Shown here: positions 7,536 through 15,188 of the stretch, in pieces
Layout of the letters: each line of letters begins with the position of its first letter
Numbering within the stretch: the stretch's first letter is position 1
Virus record (IMG/VR): IMGVR_UViG_3300045988_077113
Strand: one strand, 5' to 3'
DNA length: 50,745 nt
DNA from: a virus
The notes under the pieces: model-generated
The model's input: the letters and a program-made list of their open reading frames with translations, nothing else
Told to the model about the DNA's origin: nothing
Databases searched by the model: none
Made by a program: the position numbers and the translations under genes

Positions 7536-8503
7536 GTAACACAAAGGAAAGCGTTGTTTTGAAGTATGACGACATGGGGATCCCGTCCATCATGTTAAAG
7601 GTTGAGAACACGGCGAAGACGCCGGAAGAAGCCGACAGAATGTTCTTCGTCCGTGGCGTTGAGTATGACGCCGTATATCTTAGCCGCTTCGTGAATTGCG
7701 TCCAGAACGGCCGCGCGTATTCGTTGCCGCTGATGGATCCGAAGGTATCTATCGACATGGACGACGCGATCGCGGCTTGTAGAAAGAAGGGCGCCGGCTG
7801 GCACTTAATGACCGCCATCGAATGGAACTGGTTAAGAAAGCACACGAACCAGGATGTCCACGGGAACACCTGGAAAGGACACTATTACAATGACGAAACC
7901 GAAGTCGGAATCAAAGTCCCGAACACCTGGCGGACGCTGACCGGATCCGGCCCGGCTTCCTGGTTCCATAACGGGAACAAAGAAACGGGCGTCGCTGATA
8001 TGGTCGGCCTGGTTTGGAAAATGATCGCCGGTATTCGCTTAAAGAATGGCGTCTTCCAGTATATGCCAGACAATGACGCGGCACACCCGGAAGCCGACCT
8101 TTCCGAAAGAAGCCAGGAATTCAAGGAAGTTTACATTGACGATCTTCCGTTCCCGGATCCGGTAAAGATTGGCCCAGGCGAAGACGGCTTGATGATTACA
8201 ACGTCCGGCGAAGTGGAAGGCTGGGACGCGGTAAGACGTCACGACGTGATTGTTGATCTTCCGGCGGACAAGATCCCGGAGATCTTAAAGGATTTAGGGA
8301 TCATCACCGAAGGCATGGACAAAGACGACGCCTGGTTCGCGGCTGACGCAGACCTGGACGAAGCGGTGTGTTACGTCTCTGGCGGTTACAACAACGCTTC
8401 GAACGCTGGCCCTTCCGCGTTGAGCTTGAGCAGCCCGCGTTCGTACGTCTGGTCGAGCATCGGCTTCTTCTCCGCTTGTTTAGGGGAACCTGTTATCCGG
8501 TAA
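7532..8503 (+). CDS. Second (remote) DGR target protein, C-type-lectin/FGE-like fold, paralog of 43147..44208
   Basis: Full-length similarity to the fibre-module target (for example RFVNCVQNGRAYSLPLMDPK vs KFINCIVDGLAYSWPLVDPK, and TGSGPASWFHNG vs TGSGPATWFHDG). The C-terminus contains VR2. Confidence 0.85.
   Translation: MSNTKESVVLKYDDMGIPSIMLKVENTAKTPEEADRMFFVRGVEYDAVYLSRFVNCVQNGRAYSLPLMDPKVSIDMDDAIAACRKKGAGWHLMTAIEWNWLRKHTNQDVHGNTWKGHYYNDETEVGIKVPNTWRTLTGSGPASWFHNGNKETGVADMVGLVWKMIAGIRLKNGVFQYMPDNDAAHPEADLSERSQEFKEVYIDDLPFPDPVKIGPGEDGLMITTSGEVEGWDAVRRHDVIVDLPADKIPEILKDLGIITEGMDKDDAWFAADADLDEAVCYVSGGYNNASNAGPSALSLSSPRSYVWSSIGFFSACLGEPVIR
8375..8478 (+). repeat. DGR variable repeat 2 (VR2)
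   Basis: 104 bp aligned by hand to TR 44737..44840. 11 mismatches, every one at a TR adenine. Confidence 0.9.
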
Positions 8504-8518
8504 CTGAAATCTGTATTC

Positions 8519-8532
8519 CGCGCGATAGCGCG
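8519..8532 (+). promoter_or_regulatory. GC hairpin with GATA loop downstream of VR2
   Basis: CGCGC-GATA-GCGCG begins 41 nt after the last VR2 base. A second hairpin GGCCC-GTAA-GGGCC is at 8539..8552. Confidence 0.6.
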
Positions 8533-8566
8533 TTAATTGGCCCGTAAGGGCCGGAAAGGTGGAACC

Positions 8567-9079
8567 ATGTATAAACCAACGATCAACACATCATACAAAG
8601 GCGTATGCAGATTATACGAAACGTGCGGCCGTTCTGATTACTGTTTACGCGCCGCCGAAGACATTCTTTTTATTCACGGCTTCGATATTAGAAAAACGCC
8701 TGGATATGAAGACCTTACATCCGATCAGAAAGACCTGTTCGCCGCCCATTGCGTAAAGTACATGAACAGCGTCGGAATGAACACAAAGATCACTATGTAC
8801 CCGAAAACGGTTCATTTCGTCCGCGAATATCAGTATTGTTCTTTCCCGGAATGGGACGAAGAAATCCAGAAAAACATTCGCTGGCAGATCGGCCGCGAAT
8901 GGATCATCTTAAAAGCCAACGGCCGGACAAGGAAGTTCAAAAAGTACCTGGACGACGACAGAACCGAAGCCGACATCGACAAGACGGTCACGAAGGAATT
9001 TGAATATCTTCGCGTTGACTGGCGGCAGAATGGAACGAATGTCTGGTTCCACGTTACGGCCCCGGATGAATACTATTAA
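8567..9079 (+). CDS. Hypothetical protein (170 aa)
   Basis: ATG at 8567 preceded by ggaaaggtggaacc. Confidence 0.55.
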   Translation: MYKPTINTSYKGVCRLYETCGRSDYCLRAAEDILFIHGFDIRKTPGYEDLTSDQKDLFAAHCVKYMNSVGMNTKITMYPKTVHFVREYQYCSFPEWDEEIQKNIRWQIGREWIILKANGRTRKFKKYLDDDRTEADIDKTVTKEFEYLRVDWRQNGTNVWFHVTAPDEYY

Positions 9080-9091
9080 GGCGGTGAGAGT

Positions 9092-9265
9092 ATGAAGAAA
9101 ACAAACGAAGGCCAGAACGGCCAGGTTGAGAACTTAAAAAGCATTTTAGAGGGTTTCGGAATCAAGACGTCGAAGGAACTTGACGCCGCACTTTCGGAAA
9201 CCCTGGACGCCCTGACAATCGGCATTATGACAGACCGCGCGATCGGGGCGAGAAATTCAGCATAA
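9092..9265 (+). CDS. Small hypothetical protein (57 aa)
   Basis: SD aaggcggtgagagtATG. Preferred over the antisense track ORF 9076..9270. Confidence 0.45.
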   Translation: MKKTNEGQNGQVENLKSILEGFGIKTSKELDAALSETLDALTIGIMTDRAIGARNSA

Positions 9266-9367
9266 AGCAAAGGCGCAACGTCAAAGATTGGAACCCTGAC
9301 ACGTTGCGCCCGATGTTGGCCGCGTTTTGGACACAGCCTTTAATAATTATAGGGGAAACGTGAAGAA

Positions 9368-9598
9368 ATGTCAATCGTTAGAAATACAAGGGAAGCCCCG
9401 TATTACATAGACGGAATCACAAAAGCAACGGATCCGTTCTGGAAAGTCTATTGTACTTGTGGTTTCACGTTCCTTTCGTGCATTTCAAACGGCAAGTGTC
9501 CGAAATGTGGGCGCGTGGAAGGTAAACGAATGTTAGGCGATAGAACTTTCGAAGAAGTCGTCGCGGAACGCGGACAGCCGCGGCCGCTGGAAGAATAA
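9368..9598 (+). CDS. Small zinc-ribbon protein (76 aa)
   Basis: Contains CTC...CPKCG. SD ggggaaacgtgaagaaATG. Confidence 0.5.
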   Translation: MSIVRNTREAPYYIDGITKATDPFWKVYCTCGFTFLSCISNGKCPKCGRVEGKRMLGDRTFEEVVAERGQPRPLEE

Positions 9599-9685
9599 AT
9601 CAGAATAAATCAGAGTTTATCAGAGTAAATCCGACTTTATCAGAGTTTATCAGAGTTTATCAGAGTTTATCAGAGTAAATCAGAG
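9596..9685 (+). repeat. Nine tandem 10-bp iterons (WWWATCAGAG), tubC-like centromere
   Basis: Exact 10-bp period: TAAATCAGAA, TAAATCAGAG, TTTATCAGAG, TAAATCCGAC, TTTATCAGAG x4, TAAATCAGAG. Immediately upstream of the wHTH + tubulin gene pair. Confidence 0.8.
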
Positions 9686-9703
9686 AAAAAAGGCGGTGAA
9701 ACT

Positions 9704-9961
9704 TTGAACAGACTAGGCTTTATCGTTTTGTCGATCCTTTCCCAGAATGGGGCGACGAACAAATTATCTTCGATGTCGGTTCAGGAGATTTCCGACACGG
9801 AAGAATTCGGTTATAAGCCGAACACAATCTTCAAAAAAATCAAGGAATTCGAAGACGCCGGATATATCGGCCGCGGCTTGAAGGAAGGCCGGGCGGACAC
9901 GTTCTTCATCACGGACACCGGACGGGAATTCCTGGAAGGGGCGAAGCATGAAACGAAGTGA
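9704..9961 (+). CDS. tubR: Small winged-helix DNA-binding protein, TubR-like centromere binder
   Basis: 85 aa with a wHTH pattern (VQEISDTE...NTIFKKIKEFEDAGYIGRG...FFITDTG). TTG start after aaaaaaggcggtgaaact. Position is between the iterons and the tubulin gene. Confidence 0.6.
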   Translation: MNRLGFIVLSILSQNGATNKLSSMSVQEISDTEEFGYKPNTIFKKIKEFEDAGYIGRGLKEGRADTFFITDTGREFLEGAKHETK

Positions 9962-10026
9962 CGCCAGAACAGAAACGACAACCGGACGAAAAACGTCCGA
10001 TAATACCACGAAGGGAGAATCAGAAC

Positions 10027-11061
10027 ATGAAAAATAAAATTGCTTTTGTAGCGGTCGGCCAGGCCGGCGGCAACATTGGACAGCTTTTCGAAGATCGGGG
10101 CTTTAATGTCCTTTACATCAACACGTCCCAGGAAGACCTTGACACCCTGGAACACGCAAAATATAAATACCACATTCCGGGCGGTGAAGGTTGCAATAAG
10201 AACCGCCGGAAGGCGAAACAGCTTGTGATCGACGACTTCGACCGTATCGCGGCAGAGATCGAAACCAAAATCAAGGCAGATCTGACGTTCGTTATCTTCG
10301 CCAGCGGCGGCGGAACCGGTTCAGGAGCCGGCCCGATGTTGATTGACCTTTTAATCGACGAAGGCCGCGCCATCGGAGCGATCACGATTGTTCCGGGGCA
10401 GAATGAAAGCGTGAAGGCGCATATCAATTCTTACGACTGTTTTTCAGAGTTGACAGAAATCGCCGGAACGGCCGCTTGCTTCATCCTGGACAACGACCGC
10501 GCGGAAAAATTGTCAATCAATACTTCCTTCGTGGACGACTTCTGTTCGTTCCTGGAAGTGCCGGAGAAACACAAGAGCGTGAAGGGCAATATCGACAAGG
10601 CCGAAATCATGGAGACACTAAGCGCCCACGGAATGGCCCTTGTGACGTCCAGAAAGGCCCAAAACAGCGCCGAAACGATTAAGGCTATACAAGATAACCC
10701 TTACGCCCCTATCGAGGGCGACAGAGCCGTTAAATACATCACAGCGTCATTGTCGGACGGTGTGACCATGCCGGAACTGGAAAAAGCGATCGGAACCCCG
10801 ATCGACACCTTCCAGACCTTCAATGACGAAGGAACCACAATTTGTTGTATTTCGGGGCTGACTTATCCACAATCACGTCTGGATATTGTGTATAAAAAGG
10901 TGGATGAAAACAAAGAGGTGATCGAAAAGAACCTGACGGCGACCAGAGAAACCCGGATGAAGAAATCAATTAACTTCCTGGACGACCTGGAACCGCCGAA
11001 GAAGGCGGCAGAAGCCCCGAAGCCAAAGTCAAAACGGGACATTATGAGCAAGTATTTATAA
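10027..11061 (+). CDS. tubZ: Tubulin/FtsZ-superfamily GTPase, TubZ-like
   Basis: Tubulin signature GGGTGSG (FASGGGTGSGAGP) and N-terminal VGQAGGNIG phosphate-binding loop. SD gaagggagaatcagaacATG. Confidence 0.8.
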   Translation: MKNKIAFVAVGQAGGNIGQLFEDRGFNVLYINTSQEDLDTLEHAKYKYHIPGGEGCNKNRRKAKQLVIDDFDRIAAEIETKIKADLTFVIFASGGGTGSGAGPMLIDLLIDEGRAIGAITIVPGQNESVKAHINSYDCFSELTEIAGTAACFILDNDRAEKLSINTSFVDDFCSFLEVPEKHKSVKGNIDKAEIMETLSAHGMALVTSRKAQNSAETIKAIQDNPYAPIEGDRAVKYITASLSDGVTMPELEKAIGTPIDTFQTFNDEGTTICCISGLTYPQSRLDIVYKKVDENKEVIEKNLTATRETRMKKSINFLDDLEPPKKAAEAPKPKSKRDIMSKYL

Positions 11062-11074
11062 AGGCGGTGTTTTT

Positions 11075-12148
11075 ATGGCGGAAATTAACTGGATCAAACT
11101 TCGTGTAGATATGTTTGACGACGATAAAATCAAAATCATTCAATCCATGCCGGAAGGTGACGCGATCCTGGTCGTGTGGATCCGTATTCTTGCGCTTGCC
11201 GGTAAATGCAACGCGAAGGGCCTTGTCTTGATCGAAGACGAATTCCCATATTCTGACGAAATGCTGGCGACTATTTTTAATAAGCCGCTGGCAACCGTCC
11301 GTCTGGCCCTTACGACCTTCGAGAAGTTCCACATGATCGAGAGAACCGAAAAAGGGATCTACATAACCAACTTCGAAGCGAACCAGAACAGCGAAGGCAT
11401 GGAGAGAATCAGAGAACAAAACCGGATCAGACAGCAGAGACAGCGCGAAAAGAAACGCGCCCTTCTAGGAATGTCACAGCCAGAAGGAAAGTCAGAACCC
11501 CAGGGAGAACCGGCGGTTTTGCCGAAAGAAGAAGCTGAAATCGTGACCGATGGCGTGACGCGTCACGTTACATCACGCGTGACAAATCGTGAAATCACGG
11601 AACAGAATAAGAATAAGAATATAGATATATATAATATATCTTCTAACGAAGATATAGTCGAAACTTCGGAAAAAAAATCCGAAGTTCCTGACCGCGAACC
11701 GGAAAAACCAAAGAAAACGGATCGGTTATCTTATGACCTGATCGTGGAAGACTTTCGAAATACCTGTCCAGCCCTTCCGGGAATCCGCGGATTGAATGAT
11801 ACCAGGAAAGCGAAGATCCGTTCCCTGGTGAAAGAACTGGACAAACTGAAAATCTTTCCGGGGCTGGAACCTGAAAAGAAATTACACATCATTTTCCAGG
11901 CGGCACAGAACAGCGACTTTCTTTCCGGCAGAAACGGGAAATGGAACGGTTGTTCCTTCGACTGGCTGATAAATAAAACAAACGCCTTGAAGACGCTTGA
12001 AGGCACATATCAAAACAAAGGGGGATCCGCAAATGGAAGAATCAATCCAGGAGACAATGAACAAAATGTTTCCCGACCTGATGGCACGACGAGCGCGGCG
12101 CTTGAACGGTTCCGAAGAAACGCCGGACGATCAGACACCGAAATATAA
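11075..12148 (+). CDS. Phage replisome organizer (DnaD-like N-terminal domain)
   Basis: The N-terminus MAEINWIKLRVDMFDDDKIKIIQSMPEGDAILVVWIRIL is typical of the replisome-organizer family. Confidence 0.75.
   Translation: MAEINWIKLRVDMFDDDKIKIIQSMPEGDAILVVWIRILALAGKCNAKGLVLIEDEFPYSDEMLATIFNKPLATVRLALTTFEKFHMIERTEKGIYITNFEANQNSEGMERIREQNRIRQQRQREKKRALLGMSQPEGKSEPQGEPAVLPKEEAEIVTDGVTRHVTSRVTNREITEQNKNKNIDIYNISSNEDIVETSEKKSEVPDREPEKPKKTDRLSYDLIVEDFRNTCPALPGIRGLNDTRKAKIRSLVKELDKLKIFPGLEPEKKLHIIFQAAQNSDFLSGRNGKWNGCSFDWLINKTNALKTLEGTYQNKGGSANGRINPGDNEQNVSRPDGTTSAALERFRRNAGRSDTEI
11541..11660. promoter_or_regulatory. Candidate replication origin inside the organizer gene
   Basis: CGTGAC direct copies and three palindromes: GTGACGCGTCAC 11555..11566, TCACGCGTGA 11573..11582, CGTGAAATCACG 11588..11599. 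An AT-rich block follows at 11603..11660. Confidence 0.45.
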
Positions 12149-12896
12149 TTGCCCGATTTGCCATGATAGCGGCTGGGAAATGGTGACAGGCCCGGACGGG
12201 TACGAATTTTGTCGCCGGTGCAAATGCGGAATCTTCGAACGCCAGGCAATCGAAAGAAAGCTGTCCTTCGCCACTATCCCGAAGGAATTTGAAGGCCACA
12301 CGGTCGAGAATTTCAAAACCGACTGTTATAGCACGAAGGAGAATCGCGAACTGGCCCAGATGGCGAAGGTTATCGCTTCCCGGTACGTGGAACAGTTCGA
12401 CGAGATCCGGGAAACCGGCAAAGGCTTATATTTTTATTCACAGACAAAGGGATCCGGTAAAACCAGGCTGGCCGTGTCCATTGCAAACGACCTGATCCAG
12501 AAAAAGATCATCGCGGCAAAGTTCGCGACCACAATTCAAATTCTGGATCAGATAAAAGCAACCTGGGGCGGCGAATGGAAGAACGAAGAAACCGAACAGA
12601 AATTGATCCAGGAAATCGTTTCGGTTCCCGTCCTGGTGATCGACGACATCGGCGTCGAAGCCGTGAAACCCTGGATCAATGAGCGTTTTTATAATATCTT
12701 AAACGGACGCATGATTGAAAAGCGCGTGACGATATTTACAAGTAATTGCCGCATGGAAGAATTAAACTTCGACGACAGAATCATAAACCGAATTATCAAA
12801 ATGGCGTTGCCGGTGCAGTTCCCGGACGAGTCAATCAGAACCGCAATCGCCAGGAAGGAGAACGACGACCTTCTGGATCGCCTTCTGGGGGCGTGA
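12033..12896 (+). CDS. DnaC/IstB-like AAA+ helicase loader
   Basis: Walker A TKGSGKTRL, Walker B VLVIDDIG, N-terminal Cys-rich knuckle (CPICHDSGW). ATG at 12033 after aaagggggatccgca. Confidence 0.8.
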   Translation: MEESIQETMNKMFPDLMARRARRLNGSEETPDDQTPKYNCPICHDSGWEMVTGPDGYEFCRRCKCGIFERQAIERKLSFATIPKEFEGHTVENFKTDCYSTKENRELAQMAKVIASRYVEQFDEIRETGKGLYFYSQTKGSGKTRLAVSIANDLIQKKIIAAKFATTIQILDQIKATWGGEWKNEETEQKLIQEIVSVPVLVIDDIGVEAVKPWINERFYNILNGRMIEKRVTIFTSNCRMEELNFDDRIINRIIKMALPVQFPDESIRTAIARKENDDLLDRLLGA

Positions 12897-13222
12897 TTAT
12901 AGCGGTTGACTTCGACGGCGTGTTATCTAGCGCCGGAAAGTGGCCGGAAGTCGGGGAGCCGAACGAAGCCCTGATGAACTGGCTTTCAGATCTTCGGGCT
13001 GGCGGCCACAAGGTTATTTTGTGGACGTGCCGCGTCGGGGAAGCGCTGGAAAGCGCGGTCGCCCAGTGCCGGGAACACGGGCTTGAATTCGACGCCGTGA
13101 ACGATAATATACCAGAAATCATTGAATTGTACGGCGTGAACAGCCGGAAAATAACGGCTGATTACTACATCGACGACAAAGCGGTCGTTGTTAAATTCGA
13201 GAAAGGGACAGAACATGAATGA
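12893..13222 (+). CDS. HAD-superfamily phosphatase-like protein
   Basis: The DFDGV motif sits at the N-terminus. GTG start overlaps the upstream stop (GTGA). Confidence 0.5.
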   Translation: MIIAVDFDGVLSSAGKWPEVGEPNEALMNWLSDLRAGGHKVILWTCRVGEALESAVAQCREHGLEFDAVNDNIPEIIELYGVNSRKITADYYIDDKAVVVKFEKGTEHE

Positions 13223-13907
13223 AACAGATAACAAGATCATTGACAAGATCGAAAAGCTGATCGCCTTATCCAGTTCGGACAATGAGAACGAAGCGAAGGC
13301 CGCCATGTTGAAAGCACAAGAGTTAATGGCGAAGTACGAAATCGAAATGAACCAGATCAACCCGGACAAGGCGAAGGAACGTCCGGTCGTGGCCTACACG
13401 TCACCGTCGTTCCGCGACGACTGGGTGGTCGATCTTGGGTGTCTGATTGCCGGGAATTTCCGGTGTCGGGCGGTTATTTCGTCAAGACGCGGATCCGGCG
13501 GCGCGTTCCGGCTTAAATTCTTCGGGTTCGATGAAGACGCACAGATCAGCATTAACATTTTCAATTATGCCGTGAAAGTGATCCGCCGGAGAATGGCGAC
13601 ACTTCGGGTGATTTATGCGGAAGCCGGCCGGGAGTTTGGCCGGAACGAAAAAATGAACTACGTCGAAGGCTTTAACGCCGGACTTCACCAGAATTTCGAA
13701 GACCAGAAGAAACAAAGCGAAACCTTCGCCCTGGCTTGCCTGGTTCCGGCAGAAGTGAACGCGTTTGTCGATGAAATTCCGGGAATGGAAGAATACCAGA
13801 ACCGGGAATTTGAAAGAAGCCGCGAACACGATCTTCTTCGCCAGTATGGCTATATCGACGGAAAGAATTTTCAGAACGCCGGGGACAAGGAACGCCTGGC
13901 AGAATAG
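13215..13907 (+). CDS. DUF2786-like phage protein
   Basis: N-terminus IIDKIEKLIALSSSDNENEAKAAMLKAQELMAKY matches my recollection of the DUF2786 pattern. Confidence 0.6.
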   Translation: MNETDNKIIDKIEKLIALSSSDNENEAKAAMLKAQELMAKYEIEMNQINPDKAKERPVVAYTSPSFRDDWVVDLGCLIAGNFRCRAVISSRRGSGGAFRLKFFGFDEDAQISINIFNYAVKVIRRRMATLRVIYAEAGREFGRNEKMNYVEGFNAGLHQNFEDQKKQSETFALACLVPAEVNAFVDEIPGMEEYQNREFERSREHDLLRQYGYIDGKNFQNAGDKERLAE

Positions 13908-13925
13908 AAACGGGAAGGTGGTTGA

Positions 13926-14090
13926 ATGAATTTTGTGGAATGTAAAGAAAAGTATTTTATCATTGTGGAAGGCGAGGAAAGAGCGATTATCCGGGGGACA
14001 GAAAAAGACGCCGAAAGAAAGCGAAAAAAACTTGCAAAGTACAGCAAGGGAAAGAAAATTTTTATCTTCAAAGCCGTTGAAAGAAACTAA
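13926..14090 (+). CDS. Small basic protein (54 aa)
   Basis: SD gaaggtggttgaATG. It is in a different frame from track ORF 13933..14550. Confidence 0.4.
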   Translation: MNFVECKEKYFIIVEGEERAIIRGTEKDAERKRKKLAKYSKGKKIFIFKAVERN

Positions 14091-14550
14091 CCCGGAAGCG
14101 GAGATCTACGAAGCTATTAACCGGATTGAATTTCAGTTCGGCAAGGAAACCCACACGGTCGGCGAAGCGAACCTGTTATTCGCCTACGAAGTCGGCCTTG
14201 ACCTGTTCACGGTCTACGTGATAGCCCTTTCGGAGCATTACGGCGCGATCGTGTTCTATTTGCCGGAAGACCTGACAAGGGAAATCGCGCGGCACTTGCC
14301 GCCGGATGAAACATTCCAACGCTACATAGCGAATCTGATCGAACGCCAGGCTGGCCTTCGAAACATTAACACAGTTTTGAAGGGCTTCGGCATGGGTTGC
14401 GAAGCGGCCGCGGAAGCATTGCTTGAATTATCCGCCGCGGTCGGAAAGGTCATGGACAAACCGATCGACTATCGGGAAATGCCGAATAATTGGCTGAAAA
14501 TGCACCACAAACCAATGAGACGAAAAGGAAAGGGGAGAAAAAGCAAATGA
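14077..14550 (+). CDS. Hypothetical protein, start uncertain (TTG 14077 proposed)
   Basis: C-terminal two-thirds of track ORF 13933..14550. The N-terminal part of that ORF overlaps a better small ORF. Confidence 0.35.
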   Translation: MKETNPEAEIYEAINRIEFQFGKETHTVGEANLLFAYEVGLDLFTVYVIALSEHYGAIVFYLPEDLTREIARHLPPDETFQRYIANLIERQAGLRNINTVLKGFGMGCEAAAEALLELSAAVGKVMDKPIDYREMPNNWLKMHHKPMRRKGKGRKSK

Positions 14551-14978
14551 ACAAATGGCTGGGATCTGGCAGACTTACGGACAATCCGGTTCTGAAATAT
14601 GACAGCGATCGCGCCGTATTTGCCACATTTACGATTATGTGTGTCCGGGACGGTAAAATCCCGGACGGCGGCCAGGCGGTCGATTTTATCGACTGCAAGT
14701 GTACCGGACATAACGCGGAATTCGCGAAAAACTTTTTAAGAAAAGACAAGAAGGTCGAGATTGTCGGCCGTCTGGAATCCGGGCATTATACGGAGCCTGG
14801 TGGAAGAAAAATCTATACAAAGACCGTCCGCGTCTATGAAATTAACTTCGCCGAAACGAAGGCAGAGGAAGAAGCACGAAGACAGACCAAGGAAAACGAA
14901 CAGGTTCCACCGCCGGCGCCGGAAAATAGTTCGTTTATGGACATCCCGGAAGGGGACGGGGAATTCCCGTTCCGTTAA
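14547..14978 (+). CDS. ssb: Single-stranded DNA-binding protein
   Basis: OB-fold N-terminus MNKWLGSGRLTDNPVLKY and acidic C-terminal tip DIPEGDGEFPF. Confidence 0.85.
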   Translation: MNKWLGSGRLTDNPVLKYDSDRAVFATFTIMCVRDGKIPDGGQAVDFIDCKCTGHNAEFAKNFLRKDKKVEIVGRLESGHYTEPGGRKIYTKTVRVYEINFAETKAEEEARRQTKENEQVPPPAPENSSFMDIPEGDGEFPFR

Positions 14979-15172
14979 TGGACGACTTAAAATACAACGG
15001 TTCCGGTTATCGTGACGTTACGGCGGAACGCGCGATCCGAAAGACCGATAAACAGCCGCAGGAAGTAACCGATCTTGTGGAGATATTCAAGAAAATTGCA
15101 GAATTACAAGGCTATGAGATCCACGGCCGGATCGGCTTCAAGAATAAGCACACCGGCATAATTTATAAATAG
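14978..15172 (+). CDS. Small hypothetical protein (64 aa)
   Basis: ORF abutting the ssb stop. Confidence 0.5.
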   Translation: MDDLKYNGSGYRDVTAERAIRKTDKQPQEVTDLVEIFKKIAELQGYEIHGRIGFKNKHTGIIYK

Positions 15173-15188
15173 CCAGGAAGGAAAAAGA

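Noticed and set aside
9076-9270. 64-aa minus-strand ORF
   Set aside because: The plus strand encodes a 57-aa ORF with a good SD in a region where every other gene is plus-strand. The minus-strand ORF has no SD.
9272-9310. 10-bp-stem inverted repeat GGCGCAACGT-N19-ACGTTGCGCC after the 9092..9265 ORF, considered as a terminator
   Set aside because: It has no T run and a 19-nt loop. It may be a protein-binding site or a weak attenuator, and there is not enough evidence to assign a role.
9596-9685. Tandem repeats considered as a CRISPR array
   Set aside because: The units are 10 bp with no spacers and there are no cas genes. The pattern fits protein-binding iterons.
13933-14076. N-terminal 48 codons of track ORF 13933..14550
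   Set aside because: They overlap a better small ORF (13926..14090) that has a strong SD and plausible composition. The long ORF probably starts internally, but the start remains uncertain.
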